Source: Obrimoposthia wandeli
Lineage: Eukaryota
Reading direction: 5' to 3'
DNA length: 64,000 bases
Assembly: GCA_977020255.1 (NCBI GenBank)
Contig: CDROCS010000253.1
Span: 1,054,001-1,118,000, forward strand
Shown here: in pieces, positions 36,596-51,602 of the stretch
How positions within the stretch are numbered: the stretch's first letter is position 1
Layout: every line of letters begins with the position of its first letter
Translations under genes and position numbers: made by a program
Notes under the pieces: model-generated
The model's input: only the letters and a program-made list of their open reading frames with translations
Database searches by the model: none
What the model was told of the DNA's origin: nothing

Positions 36596-37006
36596 CACAA
36601 TGGGCGAAAGCCTGATGCAGCCATGCCGCGTGTGTGAAGAAGGCCTTCGGGTTGTAAAGCACTTTCAGTTGTGAGGAAAGGAGTGTAGTTAATAGCTGCA
36701 TTCTGTGACGTTAACAACAGAAGAAGCACCGGCTAACTTCGTGCCAGCAGCCGCGGTAATACGAGGGGTGCAAGCGTTAATCGGAATTACTGGGCGTAAA
36801 GCGTTCGTAGGCGGTCTATTAAGCAAGATGTGAAAGCCCAGGGCTCAACCTTGGAACTGCATTTTGAACTGGTAGACTAGAGTACTGTAGAGGGTGGTGG
36901 AATTTCCAGTGTAGCGGTGAAATGCGTAGAGATTGGAAGGAACATCAGTGGCGAAGGCGGCCACCTGGACAGATACTGACGCTGAGGAACGAAAGCGTGG
37001 GGAGCG

Positions 37007-37047
<41 letters not shown>

Positions 37048-37142
37048 TCAACTAGCCGTTTGTGGACTTGATCCGTGAGTGGCGCAGCTAACGCACTAAG
37101 TTGACCGCCTGGGGAGTACGGCCGCAAGGTTAAAACTCAAAT

Positions 37143-37192
<50 letters not shown>

Positions 37193-37269
37193 CAACGCGA
37201 AGAACCTTACCATCCCTTGACATCCACAGAAGAGACCAGAGATGGACTTGTGCCTTCGGGAACTGTGTG

Positions 37270-37301
<32 letters not shown>

Positions 37302-37307
37302 TGTGAA

Positions 37308-37342
<35 letters not shown>

Positions 37343-37383
37343 ATCCTTATTTGCCAGCGCGTTATGGCGGGAACTCTAAGGAG

Positions 37384-37436
<53 letters not shown>

Positions 37437-37529
37437 CTTACGGGATGGGCTACACACGTGCTACAATGGCGTATACAGAGTGCTGCAATACCGCGAGGTG
37501 GAGCGAATCACACAAAGTACGTCGTAGTC

Positions 37530-37580
<51 letters not shown>

Positions 37581-37591
37581 TAGATCAGAAT

Positions 37592-37648
<57 letters not shown>

Positions 37649-37707
37649 GGATGCAAAAGAAGTGGCTAGTTTAACCTTTCGGGGAGGACGGTCACCACTT
37701 TGTGTTT

Positions 37708-37738
<31 letters not shown>

Positions 37739-37771
37739 CCTAGGGGAACCTGGGGTTGGATCACCTCCTTA
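36227..37771 (+). rRNA. rrs: 16S rRNA copy 4
   Basis: Full length. Confidence 0.99.
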
Positions 37772-37868
37772 TCTTGAAGTAAAATTGCTTAATGGAAATC
37801 AGTTTTCGGATTGTATTTCACGAGTGTTCACACAAATTACATGATAACAAATTGAAAGATACCCTGAT

Positions 37869-37944
37869 GGGGCTATAGCTCAGCTGGGAGAGCGCCTGCC
37901 TTGCACGCAGGAGGTCAGCAGTTCGATCCTGCTTAGCTCCACCA
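37869..37944 (+). tRNA. tRNA-Ala(TGC)
   Basis: Same sequence as other Ala copies. Confidence 0.97.
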
Positions 37945-38443
37945 TCTTGATTTTTACTTAAGAGAAACTACACGTCGCATTCAAAAGCCTTGTAAAACAC
38001 AAGATAGCCACTTGATATCTTTTAACTAAAGAAAGAGACCAAACTTAAAACATCATTTGATGATGAGTTAAGTTTGGTTTTTTAAACCACAAAATAGCCG
38101 AATGTGAGCTACTTTGAAGTTCTTTAACAATCTGGAAAGCTGATATAAATATCGGTGTTTATATGCTGAACACGGTGTCGCGCTGTTGTTCATACGATTA
38201 TAAATACCAAGCTGTTATCTCATTCTCTTATCGTGAATGAGCTAATGGTGATAGTGCGTTCTCCCAAGAACGTATTATCGAATTCATACTGTTCGCAAGA
38301 ACATGATGTCTTATCAAGTAACTCATCGTATATCTTCGGATATACTGAGTACGTGAAAATGTCAGACTTTACAATTACCCCGGATTAGTCTCCAGGGTGT
38401 ACTTCGTTTTCAAATCTTCGGATGAGACTACTTAGGGTTGTAT

Positions 38444-39408
38444 GGTTAAGTGACTAAGCGTATGTGGTGGATGCCTTGGCAGTTAGAGGCGATGAAGGAC
38501 GTGTTAATCTGCGAAAAGCTCAGATAAGGTGATAAAAACCGTTATAGTCTGAGATGTCCGAATGGGGAAACCCACTTACCATAAGGTAGGTATCGTTACG
38601 TGAATACATAGCGTAACGAAGCGAACCGGGAGAACTGAAACATCTAAGTACCCCGAGGAAAAGAAATCAACCGAGATTTCGTTAGTAGCGGCGAGCGAAC
38701 GCGAATCAGCCCTTAAGCTTATTGGGCGCTAGTAGAATGTTCTGGAAAGGACAACGATACAGGGTGATAGTCCCGTATACTAAAGCAACCTTTAAGTGAA
38801 ATCGAGTAGGACGGAGCACGTGAAACTTTGTCTGAATATGGGGGGACCATCCTCCAAGGCTAAATACTACTAACTGACCGATAGTGAACCAGTACCGTGA
38901 GGGAAAGGCGAAAAGAACCCCTGTGAGGGGAGTGAAATAGAACCTGAAACCGCATACGTACAAGCAGTGGGAGCCCGATTTAGTCGGGTGACTGCGTACC
39001 TTTTGTATAATGGGTCAGCGACTTATATTCTGTAGCAAGGTTAACCGATTAGGGGAGCCGTAGCGAAAGCGAGTGTTAACTGCGCGTTTAGTTGCAGGGT
39101 ATAGACCCGAAACCCGGCGATCTACCCATGGGCAGGTTGAAGGTTGAGTAACATCAACTGGAGGACCGAACACACGTATGTTGAAAAATGCGGTGATGAC
39201 TTGTGGGTCGGAGTGAAAGGCTAATCAAGCCGGGAGATAGCTGGTTCTCCCCGAAATCTATTTAGGTAGAGCCTCGCACGAACACCATTGGGGGTAGAGC
39301 ACTGTTAAGGCTAGGGGGTCATCCCGACTTACCAACCCTTTGCAAACTCCGAATACCAATGAGTGATATGCGGGAGACACACTGCGGGTGCTAACGTCCG
39401 TTGTGAAG

Positions 39409-39441
<33 letters not shown>

Positions 39442-40318
39442 AAAGTACTAGTTAAGTGGGAAACGATGTGGAAAGGCATAGACAGCTAGGAGGTTGGCTT
39501 AGAAGCAGCCATCCTTTAAAGAAAGCGTAATAGCTCACTAGTCGAGTCGGTCTGCGCGGAAGATGTAACGGGGCTAAACTAGTCACCGAAGCTGCGGATT
39601 TGCAATTTATTGCAAGTGGTAGGGGAGCGTTCTGTAAGCCGTTGAAGGTGAATTGAGAAGTTTGCTGGAGGTATCAGAAGTGCGAATGCTGACATGAGTA
39701 ACGATAAGGGGAGTGAAAAACTCCCCCGCCGAAAGACCAAGGTTTCCTGTCCCATGTTAATCAGGGCAGGGTAAGTCGGCCCCTAAGGCGAGGCGGAAAC
39801 GCGTAGTCGATGGGAAACAGATTAATATTTCTGTACTTCTATATATTGCGAAGGAGGGACGGAGTAGGCTAGATGAGCACGGCGTTGGTAGTCCGTGTGA
39901 AAGATAGTAGGTGGTTGACTTAGGTAAATCCGGGTCTTCATTCAACACTGAGAGTCGAGACGAGTCACTACGGTGATGAAGTCATTGATGCCATGCTTCC
40001 AGGAAAAGCTTCTAAGCTTCAGATATATAGGAACCGTACCCCAAACCGACACAGGTGGTTAGGTAGAGAATACTAAGGCGCTTGAGAGAACTCGGGTGAA
40101 GGAACTAGGCAAAATAGTACCGTAACTTCGGGAGAAGGTACGCTGCTCAACGTTAAACCCTTGCGGTGTAAGCGAAGAGTAGTCGAAGTAACCAGGTGGC
40201 TGGAACTGTTTATTAAAAACACAGCACTGTGCAAAATCGAAAGATGACGTATACGGTGTGACGCCTGCCCGGTGCCGGAAGGTTAATTGATTCGGTTAGT
40301 CCTCGGACGAAGCTGATG

Positions 40319-40413
<95 letters not shown>

Positions 40414-40674
40414 CATGGCCACACTGTCTCCACCCGAGACTCAGTGAAATTGAATTTGCGGTTAAGATGCCGTATACCCGCGGCTAGACGGAAAGACCCC
40501 GTGAACCTTTACTATAGCTTGACAGTGAACATTGCTCCTACATGTGTAGGATAGGTGGGAGGCGTTGAAACTTTGTCGCTAGATGAAGTGGAGCCAATCT
40601 TGAAATACCACCCTTGTATGCGTGATGTTCTAACCTAGGGCCCTTATCGGGCTTGGGGACACTGTCTGGTGGGT

Positions 40675-40717
<43 letters not shown>

Positions 40718-40795
40718 ACGAAGGTTGGCTAAGTACGGTCGGACATCGTACGGTTAGTGCAATGGCATAAGCCAGCTTAACTGCGAGACAGACAC

Positions 40796-40894
<99 letters not shown>

Positions 40895-40923
40895 ACCGCC
40901 CAAGAGTTCATATCGACGGCGGT

Positions 40924-40966
<43 letters not shown>

Positions 40967-40968
40967 TC

Positions 40969-41001
<33 letters not shown>

Positions 41002-41170
41002 TGGTACGCGAGCTGGGTTTAGAACGTCGTGAGACAGTTCGGTCCCTATCTGCCGTGGGCGTTTGAGAATTGAAGAGGGCTGCTCCTAGTACGAGAGGAC
41101 CGGAGTGGACGAACCACTGGTGTTCGGGTTGTCATGCCAATGGCATTGCCCGGTAGCTACGTTCGGAACT

Positions 41171-41201
<31 letters not shown>

Positions 41202-41337
41202 AGGCTTTGAGATGAGTTCTCACTGGAGCTTTAAGCTCCCTAAAGGGTCGTTGGAGACTACAACGTTGATAGGTCAGGTGTGTAAGTGCTGCGAGGCATT
41301 GAGCTAACTGATACTAATTGCCCGTGAGGCTTAACCA
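38444..41337 (+). rRNA. rrl: 23S rRNA copy 4
   Basis: Full length. Confidence 0.99.
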
Positions 41338-41502
41338 TACAACACCCAAGTAGTTTTGCTGAAAAGTGAACTGATAAGTGATTTGTATAAAGACTGACAA
41401 CTACATAAAATGTAAAATCACGTACTTACGTGTTACTTGAATCCAGAAAACAAAACGATATTTATAGCTCATTGAGCAAGCTTTCTAAGATTGTCCCTTT
41501 TT

Positions 41503-41619
41503 TGTTTAGCGACAATAGCGCTGTGGCCCCACCTGATCCCTTTCCGAACTCAGAAGTGAAACGCAGTTGCGCCGATGGTAGTGTGGGAGTTCCCATGTGA
41601 GAGTAGGACATTGCTAGAC
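41503..41619 (+). rRNA. rrf: 5S rRNA copy 4
   Basis: 117 nt 5S. Confidence 0.97.
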
Positions 41620-41628
41620 TTCTATTTA

Positions 41629-41661
41629 AAGAAACCCGTAGCTAACGCTACGGGTTTTTTG
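41629..41661 (+). terminator. Intrinsic terminator ending the rrn triplet
   Basis: aaacccgtagc-taac-gctacgggtttttt. Confidence 0.88.
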
Positions 41662-42330
41662 CTTTCTGGTATTTGAAAAAGTTCTGTCGATTGATAGTGT
41701 GACGTGTATAAAGGTAAACCCTTGTGAGTCTAGGATATACTCCATTTTTTAGATAAGTTTGATCCAGAAGAGTCAGTAATTTTTATTATTAGACTATAAA
41801 TATATTAATATTAAGTCTCATCTTCATTGAAACATATAGTTATTCTCTAATGAATATTAGTTTGTATTTAGATTTGATGATTCCTACAGTAATTGATATT
41901 TAAAAATAGAATCGGCTAATTACTAATAGGCATTTCTAGTAGATAACTAAAATACGATTGAAAGATCAACAAAACTAGTTGGTTGCCATTTTATTGGATT
42001 TAGCTTAGAAGCAAAATGAGTATCCGAACAATTATCGTGAGGTTCTTATTATTGTGAAATGTAAGAGTTAGTCAGCTTGACCTTGCTTCATCACTTGAAA
42101 CCACAGCGTAAACTTATTATTTTCGTAATTAGCTCCTAGCTTGCTGTAAGAGCATTCTAAAGCTAAAAAATAATAAGGAATACCAGCCGCTATGTTAAAC
42201 ATGTTTGCAGTCATCCTTGTTAGTTAAGAGCCTTATTTTAATCATCTTAAATTCTAATTATGTAAAGCAGTATTTCTTTTGTGAATATATAATATTCGCA
42301 CAAATATAGTGCATGTATTGCCCTTATATC

Positions 42331-42365
42331 TTGCAAAAAAAGACAAGTTAAGTATACTTGCGCAA
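42331..42365 (+). promoter_or_regulatory. Probable atp operon sigma70 promoter
   Basis: TTGCAA-16bp-TATACT then tgcgc, about 80 bp before atpI. Confidence 0.55.
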
Positions 42366-42444
42366 ACTTTTTGAAGTTAAAGCTTTTACTTTAAAAAAAT
42401 CAGTGTGTAATACGAATTATATCGTATAAAAAAACTTAAAAAAT

Positions 42445-43660
<1,216 letters not shown>

Positions 43661-43728
43661 ATTTGTCGAAGAAAGTTATAACACCCAAATGGGTACATAA
43701 CTTTCTTCATCAAAAAAGAAATTTTTAA

Positions 43729-43995
<267 letters not shown>

Positions 43996-44042
43996 TTTCA
44001 CCACTTTTTTTTTAAACGAATAATTGATAGGAGGTACGCACA

Positions 44043-44513
44043 ATGGATATTAATATGACCCTAGTTGGCCAATTAATTGCGTTTGTCGTATTTGTAATAT
44101 TCTGTATGAAGTATGTATGGCCACCAATTATTGGTGCCATCGAAGATCGTCAAGCAACTATTGCTGACGGACTTGCTGCTTCTGACCGTGCTGCGAAAGA
44201 TCTTGAGCTTGCTCAAGAGAAAGCTACAGCTCAATTAAAAGAAGCTAAAGTTCAAGCTGCATCTATCGTTGATGCTGCTAAAAAACATGAAGCTAAAATT
44301 GTTGAGGAAACTGCCGGTAAAGCACAAGCTGAGAAAGAAAGAATCTTAGCCACTGGTCATGCGGAAATTGAAACTGAACGTAACCGAGCTAGAGAAGAAT
44401 TGCGCAAAGAAGTTGCAATCCTTGCTGTTGCCGGTGCCGAGAAAATTCTTGAGCGTTCAATTGATGGCGCTGCACACAGCGACATCTTAGATAAACTCGT
44501 CGCTGAACTTTAA
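44043..44513 (+). CDS. atpF: Fo subunit b
   Basis: [19 protein letters not shown]. Confidence 0.98.
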   Translation: MDINMTLVGQLIAFVVFVIFCMKYVWPPIIGAIEDRQATIADGLAASDRAAKDLELAQEKATAQLKEAKVQAASIVDAAKKHEAKIVEETAGKAQAEKERILATGHAEIETERNRAREELRKEVAILAVAGAEKILERSIDGAAHSDILDKLVAEL

Positions 44514-44525
44514 GAGGAAAGAGCT

Positions 44526-45059
44526 ATGTCTGAATTGACAACTGTCGCTCGTCCTTACGCTAAAGCAGCGTTCGATTTTGCTGTTGAAGCTAAAGCAATT
44601 GATAGCTGGTTAACCCAGTTAACATTTGCAGCTGAAGTAGCCAAAGATACAACCATTAAAGGTTATATCTCTGGCGGCGCTTCAGCAGAGCAAGCACAAA
44701 TATTATTTTTAAATGTTTGTGGTGAACAAGTAGACAGCAAATGCCAAAACTTTTTAAAAGTAATGGCAAGTAACGAACGTTTGTTGGTGCTACCACAGGT
44801 TCTTGAACAATTTATAGCGTTAAAAGCTGATTTTGATCAAGAAGTTTCTGTGGATGTAACCTCTGCTGTAGAAGTAACTGCAGAGCAAAAAACAACATTA
44901 AGCGCCGCGCTTGAAAAGCGCTTGGCACGTAAAGTAAAGCTTAATTGTTTTGTTGATGCGAGTATCGTTTCCGGTTTAGTAATTAAAGCTGGTGACATGG
45001 TAATAGATGGTTCAATCAAAGGTAAACTGAACCGCTTAGCAACAACACTACAATCTTAG
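44526..45059 (+). CDS. atpH: F1 delta
   Basis: TTVARPYAKAAF. Confidence 0.98.
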   Translation: MSELTTVARPYAKAAFDFAVEAKAIDSWLTQLTFAAEVAKDTTIKGYISGGASAEQAQILFLNVCGEQVDSKCQNFLKVMASNERLLVLPQVLEQFIALKADFDQEVSVDVTSAVEVTAEQKTTLSAALEKRLARKVKLNCFVDASIVSGLVIKAGDMVIDGSIKGKLNRLATTLQS

Positions 45060-45074
45060 ATAAGGGAACAGAGC

Positions 45075-46616
45075 ATGCAACTGAATTCCACTGAAATCGC
45101 TGAACTGATCAAGAATAGAATTGAACAGTTTAACGTTGTCAGCGAAGCTCGTAACGAAGGTACTATCGTTTCTGTAACAGATGGTATTATTCGTATCAAT
45201 GGCCTTGCCGATGTAATGCAAGGTGAAATGATCGAACTTCCTGGTAGCCGTTTTGCTATCGCGTTAAACCTAGACCGTGATTCGGTAGGTGCGGTAGTAA
45301 TGGGTCCTTACGCTGATTTAGCGGAAGGCCAAAAAGTTAAAGGTACTGGTCGTATTTTAGAAGTACCAGTAGGCCGTGGTTTATTAGGCCGCGTAGTAAA
45401 CACTCTTGGTGAACCAATTGATGGCAAAGGCCCAGTTGAAAATGATGGCTTCTCTCCTGTAGAAGTTGTTGCACCGGGTGTTATCGAACGTAAATCAGTA
45501 GACCAACCAGTTCAAACTGGTATCAAGTCTATCGATTCTATGATTCCAATTGGTCGTGGCCAACGTGAATTAATCATTGGTGACCGTCAAATCGGTAAAT
45601 CAGCGATTGCAATTGACGCTATCATCAACCAAAAAGACACTGGTATTAAGTGTGTTTACGTTGCTATCGGTCAGAAAGCTTCTACTGTAGCGAACCTTGT
45701 TCGTAACTTAGAAGAGCATGGCGCGTTATCAAATACAATCGTAGTTGTTGCATCAGCTTCTGAAGCTGCAGCATTACAATACCTAGCACCATACGCTGGT
45801 TGTTCTATGGGTGAATACTTCCGTGACCGCGGTGAAGATGCACTAATCGTATATGATGATTTGTCTAAGCAAGCAGTTGCTTACCGTCAAATTTCATTAC
45901 TTTTACGTCGTCCGCCAGGTCGTGAAGCCTATCCAGGTGATGTTTTCTATCTTCATAGTCGTTTATTAGAACGTGCTGCTCGTGTAAACGAAGCATACGT
46001 TGAAAAATTCACGAAAGGTGAAGTTAAAGGTAAAACAGGTTCTTTAACTGCATTACCAATTATTGAAACGCAAGCGGGTGATGTATCTGCTTTCGTACCA
46101 ACAAACGTAATCTCAATTACCGATGGTCAGATTTTCTTAGAATCTAACCTGTTTAACTCGGGCATTCGCCCTGCAGTTAACGCTGGTATTTCAGTATCTC
46201 GTGTTGGTGGTGCTGCGCAAACGAAGATCATCAAGAAACTTGGTGGCGGTATTCGTTTAGCTTTAGCCCAATATGCTGAATTAGCAGCATTTGCTCAATT
46301 TGCATCAGATTTAGATGACGCGACTCGCGCTCAATTAGAGCATGGTCAACGCGTAACTGAATTGATGAAGCAAAAGCAATACAGCCCATTGTCAATCGCT
46401 GAAACAGCTGTGTCATTATTTGCCGCAGAAAAAGGCTATTTAACTGACGTTGCAATTAACAAAATTGTTGATTGTGAAGCAGCGTTACATGCCTATGTAA
46501 ACAATGAGCATGCTGAGTTGATGGCTACTATCAACGAAAAGGGTGACTACAATAAAGATATCGAAGCAAGTTTGAATAAAACACTTGAGTTATTCAAGTC
46601 TACGCAAACTTGGTAA
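45075..46616 (+). CDS. atpA: F1 alpha
   Basis: [30 protein letters not shown]. Confidence 0.99.
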   Translation: MQLNSTEIAELIKNRIEQFNVVSEARNEGTIVSVTDGIIRINGLADVMQGEMIELPGSRFAIALNLDRDSVGAVVMGPYADLAEGQKVKGTGRILEVPVGRGLLGRVVNTLGEPIDGKGPVENDGFSPVEVVAPGVIERKSVDQPVQTGIKSIDSMIPIGRGQRELIIGDRQIGKSAIAIDAIINQKDTGIKCVYVAIGQKASTVANLVRNLEEHGALSNTIVVVASASEAAALQYLAPYAGCSMGEYFRDRGEDALIVYDDLSKQAVAYRQISLLLRRPPGREAYPGDVFYLHSRLLERAARVNEAYVEKFTKGEVKGKTGSLTALPIIETQAGDVSAFVPTNVISITDGQIFLESNLFNSGIRPAVNAGISVSRVGGAAQTKIIKKLGGGIRLALAQYAELAAFAQFASDLDDATRAQLEHGQRVTELMKQKQYSPLSIAETAVSLFAAEKGYLTDVAINKIVDCEAALHAYVNNEHAELMATINEKGDYNKDIEASLNKTLELFKSTQTW

Positions 46617-46653
46617 TCTGTCTTTAATTAAGTAACGTTTTCGGAGAAGAGTC

Positions 46654-47517
46654 ATGGCCGTTGGTAAAGAAATAAAAACCAAGATTGCGAGTGTTAAAGG
46701 CACTCAAAAGATCACAAGCGCTATGGAAATGGTTGCCGCTAGTAAAATGCGCAAAGCGCAAGATGGCATGGCAGCCTCTCGTCCATATGCGACAAATATA
46801 CGAAATGTGATCGGTCATATCGCGCTTGGTAACTTAGAATATCGTCATCCTTATATGGAAGAACGTGAAGCTAAGCGTGTTGGCTACATTGTCGTCTCAA
46901 GTGACCGTGGTTTGTGTGGTGGCTTAAATATTAATTTATTTAAGAAAGTACTTGCTGATGCTTCTGAAAAGCAAGCATCAGGTGCTGAAGTTGAATTTTG
47001 TGTAATTGGCTCAAAAGCTACTACCTTTTTCAACAATATGGGCGCTAAAGTATCTGCACAAATATCGGGCTTAGGTGATACCCCTTCACTAACTGACTTA
47101 GTTGGTAGTGTAGCGGTAATGCTTAAAGCTTATGATAACGGTGAAATTGATAGGCTACACGTTGTGTATAACAAATTTGTTAATACTATGACGCAAGAAC
47201 CGACAATTGATCAATTGTTACCTTTACCTAAATCAGATGACGAAGCAATTAGTCATCGTTGGGATTATATCTACGAACCTGATGCTAACTCTTTGTTAGA
47301 TCAATTATTAGTTCGTTATATTGAATCTCAAGTATACCAAGGTGTTGTTGAAAACATTGCTTGTGAACAAGCATCTCGTATGGTTTCGATGAAAGCCGCA
47401 ACAGATAATGCGGGTGATTTAATCGACGACCTACAATTGGTATACAACAAAGCGCGTCAAGCGGCAATCACTCAAGAATTGGGTGAGATTGTTGCTGGTG
47501 CAGCTGCGGTAGGGTAA
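46654..47517 (+). CDS. atpG: F1 gamma
   Basis: [19 protein letters not shown]. Confidence 0.99.
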   Translation: MAVGKEIKTKIASVKGTQKITSAMEMVAASKMRKAQDGMAASRPYATNIRNVIGHIALGNLEYRHPYMEEREAKRVGYIVVSSDRGLCGGLNINLFKKVLADASEKQASGAEVEFCVIGSKATTFFNNMGAKVSAQISGLGDTPSLTDLVGSVAVMLKAYDNGEIDRLHVVYNKFVNTMTQEPTIDQLLPLPKSDDEAISHRWDYIYEPDANSLLDQLLVRYIESQVYQGVVENIACEQASRMVSMKAATDNAGDLIDDLQLVYNKARQAAITQELGEIVAGAAAVG

Positions 47518-47597
47518 ACAGAATAATTCGGTAACGAATTAATCTGATAACAATTTTCGTAATTTAACGAAAAGTTAGCTGAGCGAAGCTTAGCTAA

Positions 47598-49004
<1,407 letters not shown>

Positions 49005-49062
49005 TCATCTAGTAAGTACTTATACTTAGTGTAAGTACTTACAGTAAAAGAGGTCGAGTCAA

Positions 49063-49485
49063 ATGGCATTATTAACTGTAAATCTGAATGTAGTAAGTGC
49101 AGAAGAAAGTTTATTTTCTGGTAGCATTAAATCATTACAGATCACAGGTAGTGAAGGTGAGTTAGGCATTATGCCTGGTCACGCACCTTTACTGACCTCA
49201 CTAAAACCTGGTATGGCACTAATCACCAAGCAAGATGGTAGCGAAGAAGTTATCTATCTTTCAGGTGGTATGTTAGAAGTTCAACCAAATAACGTTACCG
49301 TATTAGCTGATATTGCTATACGTGCTTCGGATTTGGATGAGCAAGCAGCTCTTGAAGCTAAGCAACGAGCAGAAGATAACATGAACGCCCATGGCGCTGA
49401 TGTTGACTTTGCCGCAGTTGCCGCTGAACTAGCTCGTGCAGTAGCGCAATTACGCGTTATTCAAGCGACTAGCAAACATAGCTAA
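49063..49485 (+). CDS. atpC: F1 epsilon
   Basis: [14 protein letters not shown]. Confidence 0.98.
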   Translation: MALLTVNLNVVSAEESLFSGSIKSLQITGSEGELGIMPGHAPLLTSLKPGMALITKQDGSEEVIYLSGGMLEVQPNNVTVLADIAIRASDLDEQAALEAKQRAEDNMNAHGADVDFAAVAAELARAVAQLRVIQATSKHS

Positions 49486-49588
49486 TATCTAATTTAACTA
49501 GCCAGTTAAATTAGATAAGTACCTTCAGGTTTAGTGACTTCTTATTCTTAAAAGTAAGAGTTAAGAAGTAAATACAGATACTGATTAT

Positions 49589-49625
49589 AAAAGCCACTTT
49601 ACTATTTTAGTAAAGTGGCTTTTTT
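49589..49625. terminator. Bidirectional terminator after atpC
   Basis: aaaagccactttact-atttt-agtaaagtggcttttt. Confidence 0.88.
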
Positions 49626-49685
49626 GTATCTGTAATACTATCCATAGGTCAGGTGATAAACTGTATTGGAAAAGCTAGAGAGGTA

Positions 49686-50591
49686 TTAAGTAGTTAACGG
49701 CATCAATTTAGGTATATCTATGGCGTGTTTAATAGCTAAACTATCGAAAGCGGTCCACTGTGCTATGGCAAGTGGCTCAAAAAGACTGTTAGATTGTTTG
49801 TCGTCTATGTGATCAAAATACCATAAACCATTGATAAAGAAGCTATAGAGAATATAGTAAGTCAGTAATGTGTTATTAGGTCTGTAGCTTGGTACTAACA
49901 TTCTATAGTTATCGACTATTTTACTTATATGGAAGGGGGGAATGTTGTTAACAGCGATAAACATCGCTAAGTCAAATTCTATGGGTGCTAAATGTGCACA
50001 TTCGAAATCTATTAACCAAGTTTTTTGAGCTTGATCAATCATAATATTGCTGTAATTAATATCACCATGGCAAAGAACGATATCAGTGTCAGAGAGGCTT
50101 TGCAGTGACTCAATGTTAAAAGTCAGTATCTTGGTGACATCTTTTAAGATATGTCCTTGTCGTGCTGGTATAGAGCCTGGATTAGTGAATAAGCTCTGTA
50201 CAGACTTTGAAGTCTCTAGATAGGGGATAGTATGCTGTAGTGGTTTTAACTGATGTAACTTAGCCATAAGACTTAAGCCAATAGAAATGCATTTACTACT
50301 GTGGCGTTCAGTTTTATCTAAGGTAATACCCTCAATAAACTCAGTAACTAACCAAGTGTTATCATGATAAATAACGCGAGGGCTTAGCCTATTTTTTGCT
50401 GCATATTGGCTAGATAAAACCTCATCTCTTGCCGTTTCACTATTGAGTCTTTTTACAAAAAAAGTCTGTGAAGGTGTGGTAACTGTAATACAGGTATGGC
50501 TCATACCATCAATCAATAATGAAATATCTATAACCTCTTCAAAACAAGGTAGAGATTTTAGCGCATTAAGTTGTGAAGAGGTAAGCGACAT
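49686..50591 (-). CDS. APH/choline-kinase-family phosphotransferase, probable thiamine kinase (ThiK-like)
   Basis: CHGDINYSNI (Brenner motif), LIDFE; operon context. Confidence 0.75.
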   Translation of the reverse strand: MSLTSSQLNALKSLPCFEEVIDISLLIDGMSHTCITVTTPSQTFFVKRLNSETARDEVLSSQYAAKNRLSPRVIYHDNTWLVTEFIEGITLDKTERHSSKCISIGLSLMAKLHQLKPLQHTIPYLETSKSVQSLFTNPGSIPARQGHILKDVTKILTFNIESLQSLSDTDIVLCHGDINYSNIMIDQAQKTWLIDFECAHLAPIEFDLAMFIAVNNIPPFHISKIVDNYRMLVPSYRPNNTLLTYYILYSFFINGLWYFDHIDDKQSNSLFEPLAIAQWTAFDSLAIKHAIDIPKLMPLTT

Positions 50592-50605
50592 TAGGCAATC
50601 AAGGG

Positions 50606-51250
50606 TTAGTTAATGGTAGAAGGTTGTAAATTAATTGAAGACTTTTGGTAAAGTTTCAACCATTTGATATAACCGTAACAGGCAACAATAACGAATATAA
50701 CGAATAAAATCGTGGTTGGAATTAAACCTTTCTCGACATATAAATAAATAGACGTCAGATCAATAATTATCCAATAAAGCCAATTTTCTAGCACTTTTTT
50801 GGCAACTAGATAAGTAGCAAATACCGCATAAACACTAGTGAAAGTATCTAAATAAGGAAAATGTGCTGGAGTATAGTTAGCCATAAGGTAACCTAAGCCA
50901 GTGGCAAGCAGCGCTAAGCCAAAACAAACTTTAATATGCCAACTCAGCTGCCAGCTAACTATGGTTAGCTCAGGAGTACTCGTCTGACTCTTGTTTGTTG
51001 CTTTAGACCATTGCCAGTAACCATAAATAGCCATAAACAGGTAATAAGCGTTCAACGCACTGTCCATTAACAGTAAAACATCATAAAAAATAACAGTGTA
51101 TAAGGCTGTACTAATAAATGCCGCAGGCCAGCACCATAGTGAACCTTTAGCGGCTAAAATTACGTAAGCAATTGAGAGCAGCATAGCAATAAGCTCAAAC
51201 CAGGGTAGCTGTTGGAAGTAGACTAATACACTGTTTAAAATTTCAGACAT
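50606..51250 (-). CDS. pnuC: PnuC-family transporter (PnuT-like, thiamine)
   Basis: LWCWPAA, YGYWQW, DTFTS, ENWLYW. Confidence 0.9.
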   Translation of the reverse strand: MSEILNSVLVYFQQLPWFELIAMLLSIAYVILAAKGSLWCWPAAFISTALYTVIFYDVLLLMDSALNAYYLFMAIYGYWQWSKATNKSQTSTPELTIVSWQLSWHIKVCFGLALLATGLGYLMANYTPAHFPYLDTFTSVYAVFATYLVAKKVLENWLYWIIIDLTSIYLYVEKGLIPTTILFVIFVIVACYGYIKWLKLYQKSSINLQPSTIN

Positions 51251-51516
51251 TAACTTTCTGCTTCAACTTGTGAACGATCACCATTAATAAATTTACAGAC
51301 AAAAACTGCAGCGCCTGTCGTTTTATGTACATGCTTAATTTCAGCCATTACATGGCTAACAGCAAGATCATAGTCACCAAATACTTGTGTACTCATACCG
51401 TTGGTGACTACATTCAGGCCCTCAACAGCTCTTAAGCGTTTAATGAATGCCCATATTTCAGTTTTATACTGTTCTTCGGCTAACGGGTAGAAGCTCAGTT
51501 CAATAGATATTTTCAT
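51250..51516 (-). CDS. YkoF-like thiamine-binding protein
   Basis: ISIELSFYPL, TNGMSTQVFG; 1-bp overlap with pnuC start. Confidence 0.8.
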   Translation of the reverse strand: MKISIELSFYPLAEEQYKTEIWAFIKRLRAVEGLNVVTNGMSTQVFGDYDLAVSHVMAEIKHVHKTTGAAVFVCKFINGDRSQVEAES

Positions 51517-51530
51517 AACTAACCTTTTAA

Positions 51531-51564
51531 ATGGATAAGGGGAGTTAAACTCTCCTTAATCCAT
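51531..51564 (-). other. Intercistronic stem-loop between TBDR and ykoF-like gene
   Basis: atggataaggggag-ttaaa-ctctccttaatccat. Confidence 0.65.
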
Positions 51565-51602
51565 AGTAATAAATCGGTCACCATAAGTAACCAGTGATAA
51601 TT

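Noticed and set aside
15062-40951. Dozens of 60-114 aa ORFs within rRNA operons, repeated in each copy
   Set aside because: They overlap 16S/23S/5S/tRNA genes on either strand and are artefacts of conserved rRNA sequence
16513-41661. CRISPR array among repeated spacer motifs
   Set aside because: Repeats are operon-scale duplications; there is no repeat-spacer periodicity of 60-75 bp and no cas genes
41662-42444. oriC in the AT-rich region before atpI
   Set aside because: No TTATCCACA box cluster or GATC enrichment seen
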